A stretch of DNA of 63,571 bases, the filler included, from Conidiobolus incongruus B7586 (taxonomy: Eukaryota): assembly GCA_000697335.1 (NCBI GenBank). It is 6 parts of 6 records of this genome, joined end to end, with 100 filler letters (N's around TTAATTAATTAA, not from the genome) between each part and the next. Parts side by side here need not be neighbours in the genome. Positions count along the whole stretch, not along the records: positions 20,718 to 30,558 come from JNEM01006166.1; positions 30,659 to 52,460 come from JNEM01006167.1; 4 more parts are not named here. One strand, written 5' to 3'. The notes under the pieces were generated by a model. The model ran no database searches. It saw nothing but the letters and a program-made list of their open reading frames with translations, and was not told the DNA's origin. The position numbers and the translations under genes are program-made. Shown in pieces: positions 25,714-38,436 of this stretch (its first letter is position 1; each line of letters begins with the position of its first letter).

Positions 25714-28614
25714 GTTTTATTATTTATTAAACATTATTTACCTGTTAATTTTATTGAATCTTTTTTTTATATGTTAAAAATATTATCTTCTGTATTTATT
25801 TTAAATTTTTTAACAATATATATCAAAATTTAAACTTTTTTAAAATCCATCTTGAGGAATTTTTCAGTCGTATAAATTGTTGTTTTAATTAGTATTACAT
25901 TTATTTGAATAGGTCTTCATAGTATGATAGAATAATAATATGATTAAACTATTATTAAGAATACTGTTAGACTTGTATGCAATATGCTGATGTATTATAT
26001 CAATGTATTTAACCAATATTTAAATAAGGTCGATATAGAAATGAATAGATATATCAAATAGTGGATATATTTTTATAAAAATACACTAATAATATCAAAT
26101 TGTAATAGTGATACAATTTTATTTGATCTTCTTTAATAATATTGAATTAACAATTTACTCTATTTCTTAATATATATATATATTCCTGTAGCTCAATGAT
26201 ATGCTATTTTTTCCAAAGGATCAAAAATAATTTTATATGATATAATATAGATGATCAAATTAATTATTGATGCTATAAATGTTCGAAAACACAATATTTT
26301 TAACTTTAGCAATTACATAATTGTTTAATATAGAGTATGAAGATTCTCAGATACAGATTTGTATAAATTTTAATTATAACTTCAATATTACTTGACTGAA
26401 TTTGATATAAACAAATATATTTATCAAACTGATAAAATTCAAATATTAATATTGACATACAAACCAAAAAATTTTGAGTTATTAATTATCCCTAATTTTC
26501 TATTCACATCTCTTTGAATGGTAGAACAAAGATTTTGAAATATTGTTCAAGGTAGTAATGATATTGAAGCTAAAGAATACTTTGAAATTTTCATTATACT
26601 AAAACAATATACAATATGAGTAAATTTTAAAACCTTCACAGTTGCCATATGGTACCTTGTTGAATATATTTTACATTTTATTAGAAATATTTCCAATACA
26701 TCAGCTCATTGAAAGATTTAAACAATAAAAAATAATTTCTCATTTTAAAGACAACCAATTCCTGAAATATATTGTCGCTTAACTTCCTTTTGAATAAATT
26801 GATTGTTTTTATATAACAATTCATTAAAAGATAAAATTTTTAATAGAGTTGAAATAACTCCTAATACATAAACTAAAATTGAATATTATATTATCATCAA
26901 ATTTTAAAATTATTCAACCATTATGCAAAGAACGACCTTTTCACGATTTTGTCGGTTAAATCAAGCAATGATGGATTGAGAATAAATTTATGTTTAGCAG
27001 TTGATTAGGAAAATTTAAATTATCTCATAAAATTTTTGAATTTGATCTAATTATTAAATTCTCAGGTCATAATGTTAATAGAATTATCACAGTATACTGC
27101 TTTATAATATCAAAATACTAGAAAAATATAAAATTACCATTATTATTAAGTGGAATGCTCATATTATATTCTGGCTCAAACTAATAAATACAAATAATAA
27201 AATATTTGAAATCAAATTCCATATACTATAATTTTCGGCTCTAATAAAATCAAATATTTTAATACTTATATATTAGTCATTTAACCTGTTGTAATTAAAT
27301 TGAAGTGATTTTATAAACTGGAATATTAATTTTTATAAATTTGCAAATCTCCTACTTCAATTAAATTAATGTATTCAATAAAAAAATCTAATAAATTGGG
27401 GAATTTCAAATTAAAAAAATTTCCTTTAACCTTTTAAAAGTTTCATTTTCTTGATTTTATTACTAAATATATTATCAACTAAAAGAATTTATTAGATTAA
27501 AAAAGTATATTTGTTAATTTGATAAAATATTTCTCTGAAAATTCATTATCTATCACAAAACAGAGATATTTGAAAATTGAGCCGCAAATTAAGAAGAATT
27601 CACATGATAGTTTATATGGATCCAAATGAAGATTATTCAGGAAAAATATTTTTAATTAGTTTTATTACAAATTATATCTAATTTATATAAGTAGTCATGT
27701 AATTAATATTATGGCACCTTTAGTTTAATATATATACTAATAACATTTAATGAATAACTGTTCCTTAGTTATAATAAATAAAAGAGAATTTTTTATATTC
27801 AATTTTAAGATATATCATAATACAGGTCTATTCAGTTAGTAATCATATTCAGACTTGCAAAGCAGGTATTTACAATGAAAAAATACTAATTATTTTGAAA
27901 ATGAGTTATGTGGATTAGCAATCATAATCTTAGGCCGATCTATTAATTGGATAGAAATAATATTATCTTATACTGTATTATATTATGTTATTTCTTTTGA
28001 TTCAGGTTTAATATATTGTTTTGATAGCAAAACCCATAATATTCCAATCATATTATAAACCGCTTGTAAACCTAATAATATACTAAAATCTACATTTTAA
28101 ATATTCTATAACATAATAATCATATTATATAGAACATTAGAAAGCGCTTTAACATGATTATATTTTCTTGAAATTCAATAATTATATATTATAAATTGTG
28201 TTTGAAAAAGATTTTGGTTTGTTTGGGGATTCATTAAAAAATATTATATTTTATTGGTCATCCGTCTTTTATCATGATTTCAAAAAGTATCTAAGTATAT
28301 TCCTACTATATTATCTCCATAAAATGTTAAAATTAAATGGATAAACATTTTAAATATCAAACTTAGATAATTATTAAAAATGAATTGCAGTTAGAATTCA
28401 ATGAATAATATAGTACCCGCTAAGTAAATCAATATACTGTAATAATTTTTCATTTAATTTCTATAAACTAAAATTGCATTTTAAATAATAAAAATTTTTT
28501 GAATCATTTGATTTTCGATATTTTAATACATTAATAATATTATTAAAAGCTTCAGTTCATATATAAATAATAAAAAATAACTTAAAACGTCATAGTAAAT
28601 TTTAAATAAAATAT

Positions 28615-29723
28615 CATAAATTAAATAATTTAATATTTTGTGCTCTTATTGTGTTAGCCGAAATTTATCATTATCATTATATCATTTCGTTCAAGAAAGA
28701 GCAGCGTACTATTTTCGGTGCCCATGTTCAATCCACTACTGATCTTTTTGCTTCAAGGAGCTCCAAAAACGCTATCTTGCAAAATACGAGCATGTTTTAA
28801 CTGGTGTTGCTGCTACTTTGGATGATGTAGCTTTGGCCAAAGTAAAAGCTCTTCTCAATGTTGCCCGGGTTGAACCTGATAACTTTGCTAAAATTGGTGT
28901 CGTTCAAAAAGGAGCACCTTGGGGTTTGGCTCGTATTTCTCACAGAAATAAACTGGACAACTCCAATTATCAACAATACCTGCATGATCTCAATGCTGGA
29001 GCTGGTGTCACAGTTTATGTATTGGATACTGGCATTAAAACTAGTCATGTTGATTTTGGTGGTAGAGCAAAATGGGGTGCTAACTTCATTAGTGGTTCTC
29101 CCAACGTTGATGACCATGGCCATGGTACTCATTGCGCTGGAACGGTTGGTTCTAACACTAATGACGTCGCTAAAAAGACCAATCTTGTTGCTGTTAAAGT
29201 GTTGGAAGTCAATGGTCAAGGTTCATGGTCAGCTATTATTGCTGGTTTCGATTGGGTGGTTCAAAATGCCAAAGGAACCAAGAATGTCATCTCTATTAGT
29301 ATTGGAGGAGATAAGAATGAATCTGTTGACCAAGCTCTGACTGATGCCTATGCTGCTGGTAACGAAAATCGTGATGCTTGTCTTGTTTCACCTGCTTCTG
29401 CTGTCGACTCTTTCACTGTTGCAGCTACTGACATCAATGATCGGAAAGCTTCCTTCTCTAACTGGGGACAATGTGTTGATATTCTTGCTCCAGGTGTTAA
29501 TGTTTTATCCACTGGTATTGCTTCTAACACTGCTACTAAGGCAATGTCTGGAACATCCATGGCTACTCCCCATATCGCAGGTTTGGCCGCTACTCTATTT
29601 TGTCACACAATTACTTTTGCCAATCTGAGAAATTCTTTTACAAATCTCGGAATTAAAAATGTAATATCTAGATTCAGCGCAAATATTAGGAATATTCTTA
29701 CCTTCAATGGATACATCAATTAA
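28615..29723 (+). pseudogene. Subtilisin pseudogene, tandem paralog of 24574-25713
   Basis: Start ATG lost ahead of KLNNLIFCALIVLAE. One-base deletion at about 28781 (CTTGCAAAATACGAG versus CTTGCACAAATACGAG) shifts the frame. A 24-bp in-frame deletion removes IFVAVAAG. The ORF-track start at 28818 is an internal TTG. Confidence 0.88.
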
Positions 29724-30284
29724 CTTTTTATCATTGATAATTTATTATGAACTTTTCAAATTATTTTTAATCATATATTATCACATGTATGTTATTCGTA
29801 ATATTTTTATACTCTACCACTCAAAAAACAAAATTAATTATTTAATATTATTTAAATTAATAATTATATTTTTATAATCATAATGAAAATAATAGGTGTT
29901 TTTAAATTATGATGAAAGTACCAAATAGCAATATTTTTATTTAATAATCAAGATAAAACTTAATATTGATTGATATAACTTTAAAAATTAAATAAAAAAT
30001 TATATACTATTATAATGTACTATATTAATTATAATATCTATATATGTTAAATATCTATATATCGAATATTTATTAATTAAACTACTATTTTAGCTGACTA
30101 TTTTATTTTTCTAAATAAAAGATTATAACATGGATTTTAAGATTTATTAATTGTTATGATTTAATATATAAACCTTTCCTTTTAGTTATCAATACAGAAA
30201 TAAAATAATACCAAAATTTTTAATTTACAAAAAAATAATAATATTAATATATGCTTTGTAAAAATTAATATACAACATAATAAA

Positions 30285-30558
30285 TAATATTTTCTTTTAT
30301 TATTAATATCTTTTTACCAAACTTTTATCAATCTTTTAACACTTAAAAAATAGTTTTTATTAAGGATTAAAATTTAATATATAATAAACCAATTTGATTA
30401 ATAAAAGATTTTTTATAATTATATTCTATAATTACCTAAAATAATTATAATCATATATATTATAATATTATATATATATTAAATATCGCAGCTTTTTTTA
30501 GTTTTTTTAACATAATAAATTTTCAATTATATTACTTTTATATATTTTATAATTTATA
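30285..30558 (-). mobile_element. Highly degenerate mariner 3' fragment at a contig edge
   Basis: Loose by-eye similarity to 60241-60520 (for example ATTACCTAAAATAATTATAA). Boundaries approximate. Confidence 0.45.
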
Positions 30559-30658
30559 NNNNNNNNNNNNNNNNNNNNNNNNNNNNNNNNNNNNNNNNNN
30601 NNTTAATTAATTAANNNNNNNNNNNNNNNNNNNNNNNNNNNNNNNNNNNNNNNNNNNN
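30559..30658. other. Assembly gap with linker
   Basis: N run with central TTAATTAATTAA. Confidence 0.98.
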
Positions 30659-31318
30659 AAACAATTCTTGCTAGTGAATAGTATGTTTATATTCCCCAAG
30701 TATAGGAGATAGTATGAAAATTTGTAATGAATCAAATATTGCAATAATGCAATGTTAGGAAGTACACAGTTAATATACAACCAATGTAAGCACATATTAT
30801 CGCAGAGATATTGTAATTATTAAAAAATGTCTAATATTATAGGGATCATGAGGCTATTTAAGATAATTAAGATTTATACATGGTAAATTCCCAATCTTTG
30901 TACATAGTTTTTGGTTTATTACTTGATCTTTGCTTAGCATTCATACTTCAATCATTATATGAATTTTGATTCTAAACACGGATTAATGCATTAGATTGAG
31001 CATATAATCCTTGTGTATTTAACAATCAATGGTAAAGTTTGATTTGGATACGAATTGGGATACCTGATGTCAGAGTGGTTGTTTTATATCATAAATACCA
31101 AAGAGGATTCTAATATTAATAATCGCCGAATCTTCAGGAAAATTATTGATTCCAAGCAATTTAACCCAACTATCAAATCCATTGCATTCATATGAGAGTG
31201 CAGATATAAACCTATTAAAATCTTGTTTAGCTAAAACATTTCAAATTGATTTCTAACAGTTTGTGGCTTTTAATTATGTTATTAAATTTATTTCATACAT
31301 TAAAATTATTAATAATAA
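30659..31318 (-). repeat. Left arm of a long inverted repeat (at least 660 bp; outer end hidden by the gap)
   Basis: Reverse complement of 37777-38436. No mismatch in the segments I compared, and the ORF track gives the same MCLHWLYINC...SKNC peptide from both arms. Confidence 0.92.
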
Positions 31319-32865
31319 TATATTACAATACGAATTGACTCAATTTTAAGGAATTAATTGTTTTTTTAAATTTACCAACAAATATTAATATAATTACAAA
31401 ATAAAAATTTAAAATATTAATAGATGTTATATTTGTTCACTATAAACATTATTATTTCATCAGTATAGTAATCGAATAATCTAGGTTTTCAAATTGAAGT
31501 TGTTGTTTTTATTGTGATAATTGTTAAATGGGAATAATTCTACTTAATGTTGAATATATCCACGTGATGTTAATATATCAAGTGATTATGCTATTATACA
31601 GTATGACTGTAGTATGTATAATACCAAATTCGAAATAAATAACATATTTAAAATAAAAATTTATCATTATCAAAAATTATTCAAATATAAATTTTTAAAA
31701 TCTAATCAATTACATTGTATCAAAAATTCAAATATGTATATATTAGATATTCGAATCTCCTTTTTAATCCTCGATCTTTGATTGGATAAACTGATAAAGA
31801 TGTTGTGACGTAAAAATATATAAACACATCAAGACAACGTTGATTTATTTGATTATTAATAAATCATTTAATTACCCTGATTCATTTATCCGTATTCAGT
31901 ATTGCTTTATTTGAAGAGAGTAAACTGGTTAGTTAATATTTTATTCTTAATTAAACTAATATTTGGATAATATGTAGTGTAATAACGAACAAATAAATCT
32001 AATAAAATATAGTGAATATAAGATAGAAATACATGTAAATTTAATAATGTTTTATTATATTAGTATAGCTCAAAAATTTTATAATATTATTCTAATTTAA
32101 ACTTGTTAAATTTTAATTTAAAAATAATATTTATCAAATATATTATAAACTGCTCAATATCGTAATGGGAAAATTTAGTATTTTGAGATGAAATAATAAT
32201 TACCATATACCAAATTGTGATCTATAATTACAAAATATGTTCTAATCATCATCTCTCATATAAAAAAGTAAAACAATGTTTATTATTTAAGTGTTAAAAA
32301 TACAAGTAATCAATCACTTTTCGGTCGGATTGAATTAATTAAAGTTGAGAAAAATATCAAGTACACCATCATATGTAGTGGATATTACACAGTCTTCAAT
32401 TCAAATTCAATCACTGCCATTGCCCATTTTGCTAATCACAAAAAGTTATAGTTGAATTTTTAGTTTAATGTTGAAATTATATGAGAGTCTATTTTAGGTA
32501 ATTGAGTGGATTGGAATATATTACTTAACGCATACTATGGTGCAATGAAAATACTAGAATAATTCAAATTTGAATTTCTTATTAAGTTCATTAAACTGCA
32601 TTTTTCACTATGTGTATTCTAAATTTGGCTGAAAAATGATCAAGATTACACACAATCCATTCAATTCCCCGTAAACCGGATATGAGTATATCCAATTAGA
32701 AATTTAACATGACATGAGAGAGGTACTATTTATCTTGAGGGAATGGGACTAAGCGATCAAAAAAAGGTATAAATACCAGCCAATTGCCATCAAGTACTGA
32801 TTGGTCAAAATCCCCTACTCCCCCCTCCAAAAAGCAAGCCTCCAAGCTCCTTCCTTGGGATTTTT

Positions 32866-33399
32866 ATGAACTCTAACACCAACCCAAGAAACCCTACTTC
32901 ATCGTCGCAATATCAAAAGAGATTACCTTTAGTGTCGATTCCCCAACCCATCCCAACCGTTGTCGAACCGCATCAAATGTATCACCATCGCCATTCTCAG
33001 TCTTTACCAGTCACCGAGGACATTTATAGCAGACACCTTACTCCTCTCAGGGAGCTGGGTCTATTGGAACTTGGTAATTTTCCACCACCACAATCCAGAT
33101 ATACATTACCCGCTCTTCCTCCTGTTCCAAGTCCCGACAGCACTCACTCAAAGCCCAAGCGCAAGAGGCGTCAACGCCCAACTCTTCATCAACTCGAAAC
33201 GCTCGAGCAAGAGTTCCAGCACAACTTCTATCCTTCAGCCGAGGCTCGTCGCCGCATGGCTGAGCAGCTTGGAATGACACCTAGAGCCATCCAAATCTGG
33301 TTTATGAATCGTCGGGACCAGCATTTTGGCAACCGATGCAGCAGTCCTTTGGACATGGCCAGCCCAACCAACTCCTCCAATGACCAGTTGGACGGATAA
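32866..33399 (+). CDS. Homeodomain transcription factor, 177 aa
   Basis: KPKRKRRQRPTLHQLETLEQEFQHNFYPSAEARRRMAEQLGMTPRAIQIWFMNRR matches the homeodomain consensus. TATAAATA at 32768-32775. Confidence 0.93.
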   Translation: MNSNTNPRNPTSSSQYQKRLPLVSIPQPIPTVVEPHQMYHHRHSQSLPVTEDIYSRHLTPLRELGLLELGNFPPPQSRYTLPALPPVPSPDSTHSKPKRKRRQRPTLHQLETLEQEFQHNFYPSAEARRRMAEQLGMTPRAIQIWFMNRRDQHFGNRCSSPLDMASPTNSSNDQLDG

Positions 33400-36300
33400 C
33401 TTGATGCTCTTTGATAAGGGTTTGGAGGGGGGTTTCGACTCGTTTTTTTACTCAAGACACTAGAAGCTTTGTCAACCCTTGGGCGAATTCAGTGGATCTG
33501 TAAGCCTTCCAGCAGTCCGCTTCCTTAAAATATCAAGTGTTCAACTGGGGATTGAACACGGATTTTAACTTACCAATTTATCTATCTGGAATAGATGCTT
33601 GGTACCGTGCATCTCCCCCTGGTTTCATACTCATTATATTCCGTTTTATTTCCATTCTATTATTCTTCCACTTATTTCAATTTGTGGCCGGTTTCTTTTT
33701 TTTATTATTATCTTTAATTTAATTTTTTAATCATATTCATCCTACCATTTACGCGCATGCGCGTACAAAAATTTTTTATTAATAAACTAACACACCAACC
33801 AATTGGCGTGTCCTTCAATCCCCTCATCTTGTGATCAAATCACTTGAGATGGTTGAAGGCCGGTAGGTTTTTACAACTCTAAATCTGAGTTTTATCAATT
33901 TCATTTATCACTTACTCATGTATTACTAATTCTTTTCATTAATTGATAATATTAATATTTTACATATCACTTACATCATCCTTACACTTCGAATTTAACA
34001 TGCATTTTCATTTATTGACTTCAAATAATTGACACTAGATATCTTGTGATTAGAATTATCATAATTTCTAGAAATTTTATTTTAATTTTGCATTCGGATC
34101 TATTTATTGGATGCATATTGAACTGGTTATTAAAAAGACAAAGGGATTCGCTTAAATTGATTTAAGGCAGGGGATAATATGTATGTAACTATGTTAAACA
34201 CTCTTGAGGTTGAAGACAACTCTTCAGAGTTAAACCACAACTCAATGTAATACAAAATCAATTTAATTCCGACCAATTTTCCCAATTCACCAAAACCATG
34301 TGCAACTTAATTTCAAATCTGTAATTGCCAAGAGCTCAATAAAATCATATTCTTCCCACTTCGATTTGTAATAGATTGTTAAATTATCTGATTTCAATAC
34401 ATATTACATTGAATTAAGTAATTTTCATTTTGGATATTATTTAAATTATCATATATCTAAATCTGTAACTATTTTTCCCTATCTTTGACCAATTATTGCT
34501 ATATTATTAAGATTAAACTAACTAGAAATTACCCTAAATTTTATTTTCTAAGGTTTAACAATTCATAGCCAATTATTTTCCAAATGTAAATAATATATCA
34601 ACTTAATATTGACATTTTGGTTAATTTAAATCCTTAATAATACTTTGCGGTATAAATTGTTAAAACCTTTCGTATTGAGAATGTTATATATTTAAATATG
34701 GTAATATTTCAAGCTCAGTAATATAACCTTTAAAATTAAGGTTCTTGCAGTTTAATTTAAAGTTCAAAAACTTGATTTTATTAATTTTAAATTAATGCAA
34801 AATTTTTTTTTTGGTTAACTATATTTTTTAATTACTAGATATTTTAAAAAAATTAGGATAAATTACTCATTGATATATTAATATAGAATCATTGAGCAAT
34901 AATGATTAATGTCACAGTGATATATCCATTAATAAGGTTGAAGTAATACGGATGAATAGAGTCTAATTATATTAAGTTTTGGAGTGATATTTGTGATTAA
35001 TTAACAATTTTTAGAGTTGCACTTGAGATGATAATGTCGCATTTTGGATGATTGATAATGTAAGAAATTTCCACTATTGGACACCTCATTCAAATTTTGG
35101 ATAATAATTGTCATATTTGTATAAATCGAAAAGTTTAAGTGGTATATTGAATTCTATTTTGTTTCAAATTACCAGATTTTTAGAGCTATTTGGAAAAAAA
35201 ATTGTATTTCAAAATCAAGATAATAATACGATATATTAATTGCTTGAAACATTGGTGATTTTGAGTAAAAATACCAGTAATCATCATTTTTAGAGGAGTG
35301 CGGGCATTCGCTAGATAGCCGAGGATTTATAAGCTCAAGGGAATTAAAGGCCAAATTCCCTCGGTGGATTGAAATTGATATTAATAAAACGTTATTAATA
35401 TTAGGTAATTGTTAGACTACTATCTCAGTTAACTATTAATAATCTTCAATGGCTTGATCAATAGTCATTGATTTCCAAAAGAACTTTTCATGAGATGTAC
35501 AAAGTCCAGAACTAAAAAAAGCAATTGAGCGCGAAAAAGGATTGCTCTTCGTGTATAGAAACGGTGGAATTCGGATTTCCATTACTTGATTTAACCAATA
35601 GTAGCAACCTTTGTAGCGGTGGCAAAAGATTGACCAAGCTGGAAGAAAGATTCCATTCATTTGATCAATAAAATCCAGACTGATGTACCACTTAGGAACA
35701 GCCATGTAGCCCTATATCCCAATCACAGAATAATAATATGAAAATATTTCTGTTTTACAAATTTTTCAATGGATATTTTGGATTAAATTGTACAAATTTA
35801 CCAGAAATTTAGAAATTATTATCATTATTTTTATAACGGTTTGGTTTAAAATTGGAGCCTATATATCTCGAATTGGCAACTTCCAAAATATGTTAAATTA
35901 AAATCTGCTAAAATTAGATGATTGTAACCTTTTTAGATTTATATTTATAATGATGTTATATTTTTGGGTTTAGTGTAGTAGTTCACAATGAGGGTATTTA
36001 ATATGTTCCGAATTTTTATTTTGTTCTAATTTAACAATAATATAATTTTCAAACTTATTCAATTATAATTATCACATTATATTAACTATTCTCCCTCGCA
36101 AAATATTTCCAAATTCAGAAATAATAACCATGATAAAAGCAAAGGTTAAGATCCATTATTTAATTATTATTTGCATAGTTCAATAATGGACCTTGAGAAT
36201 TTTTTATTGCTCAATTATTAGCAAAGAATTTGATATGATCAGATAATTTAATATTATCAATATCTAATCAATATTTATATGTGAATAATTAGGTTTGGAA

Positions 36301-37776
36301 GTTAGAGTACTGGGCTGGAATGCCATTTGGACATTGGGTTCTGTTTAGTTGAGATTATTCTATAAATAATTATAATTTAATAGTTTAAAATTTATATAAT
36401 ATATTTGATGAGTTCATATAACTATAATAGTTTTGAAAATTGAAATACAATTTTTTTCAATTTAAACTCTTGTGCTGATTATAATCATATTTCCTGATGA
36501 ACGTTTTATCAAAATTCGAATAATACTCCCAAAATTTAAATTAAATTATATGTATACTTTATAATATACTGTAATTTAAGTATTTATCTCTTAAAATCGT
36601 TATGCATGGATCTTTTATTAAAACCTAATAAACCATTTTTAATGATAGATGATATTGTGCAATAGGTTTGAAATTTTCTGATCTAAATTTGAGATTGAAA
36701 AAGAAAAAGCTACTCAAAAATAGTTTAATAACTACATGTTTAACCCCCCCATTTATTGTATAAACATCATTTATATATTAAGTCAATTCCAAATAGCAGA
36801 AGTATTAAACCTTTTTAAAGACAGCAAAAATTTTTCTTAAAAAAGTCGAAATTTGGAAATTTAAATATGTGCTGTCTACCGATATGTAAATTATAGTTTA
36901 TATCAGTATACACTAAATATTTACATTTATTGATTATATTATACAAATTGTTGAACCAAAACCATTATATTCGATTAGAATAAATATTTTAGAATAAACC
37001 TATTGAATATCTATGCTATTGATTAATAATCTTAAGAATAAATTAAATATATATATTTCAGAAAACATATATTATATTAACTTACCTAAATGATTTATTG
37101 ATATAATGCTTAATAAAATTACAAATATCTGCCCATTTAATATTAGATTTAAAACTTTCCAGTCGCTATACCCAAATATTAACATTCTCTATAATTTAAC
37201 CATATTTATTTAATGAGCTTATTACAATATTCAATATTATCAAATGCAATAATTGTCTATTTTAAATATTAAATGAATTAGTTAAAACTTAATAATATCT
37301 AATAATTTTTTAATTTATATAATATTTAGACTTGACAAAATTTTACCCTAAACCTAAAATTCAAAAGAATAAATATTAATAATCATTTTTTGTGAAGGCA
37401 TTTATAGCATATATTTTACATCATGTAATAAAAATCTAAACAAAAATTTCTATAAAATTAAATACAATTAAATGTAAATGATTTGGTTAATCATTATCTT
37501 TAATTATATTTTTCATGCAAAAATTCAATCTAGTTTAATTACGGTAACTCTTTGTAATATTTCGGTTGTCTTTTTTATTCAGAATGCTATTTATTTGATA
37601 GTTCTGATAAGTCCAAATTAAGCCAATTTTTTACTTTAAAGTTTGAGAGTATAAAATATCTTAGTTTGAAGCCATACCTCAAAATATTTGAAAATAATGT
37701 CTCAACTTAATATCTTGTTAAATGAATAATTTGTTAATCCTTGAAATCAAGTATATATTTATTGTAATATTTTTAT

Positions 37777-38436
37777 TTATTATTAATAATTTTAATGTAT
37801 GAAATAAATTTAATAACATAATTAAAAGCCACAAACTGTTAGAAATCAATTTGAAATGTTTTAGCTAAACAAGATTTTAATAGGTTTATATCTGCACTCT
37901 CATATGAATGCAATGGATTTGATAGTTGGGTTAAATTGCTTGGAATCAATAATTTTCCTGAAGATTCGGCGATTATTAATATTAGAATCCTCTTTGGTAT
38001 TTATGATATAAAACAACCACTCTGACATCAGGTATCCCAATTCGTATCCAAATCAAACTTTACCATTGATTGTTAAATACACAAGGATTATATGCTCAAT
38101 CTAATGCATTAATCCGTGTTTAGAATCAAAATTCATATAATGATTGAAGTATGAATGCTAAGCAAAGATCAAGTAATAAACCAAAAACTATGTACAAAGA
38201 TTGGGAATTTACCATGTATAAATCTTAATTATCTTAAATAGCCTCATGATCCCTATAATATTAGACATTTTTTAATAATTACAATATCTCTGCGATAATA
38301 TGTGCTTACATTGGTTGTATATTAACTGTGTACTTCCTAACATTGCATTATTGCAATATTTGATTCATTACAAATTTTCATACTATCTCCTATACTTGGG
38401 GAATATAAACATACTATTCACTAGCAAGAATTGTTT
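37777..38436 (+). repeat. Right arm of the long inverted repeat
   Basis: Reverse complement of 30659-31318. Confidence 0.92.

Noticed and set aside
26400..26900. Possible decayed F-box/LRR-like gene on the minus strand
   Set aside because: Only vague compositional resemblance with many stops; cannot be supported without a search.
28818..29723. 301-aa ORF as a functional second protease
   Set aside because: TTG start, no in-frame signal peptide, truncated prodomain and loss of a core beta-strand; treated as a pseudogene.
35169..35730. GC-richer patch with 61-aa and 89-aa minus-strand ORFs inside the inverted-repeat interval
   Set aside because: No recognisable domain, splice model or LTR termini; possibly a decayed gene, left uncalled.
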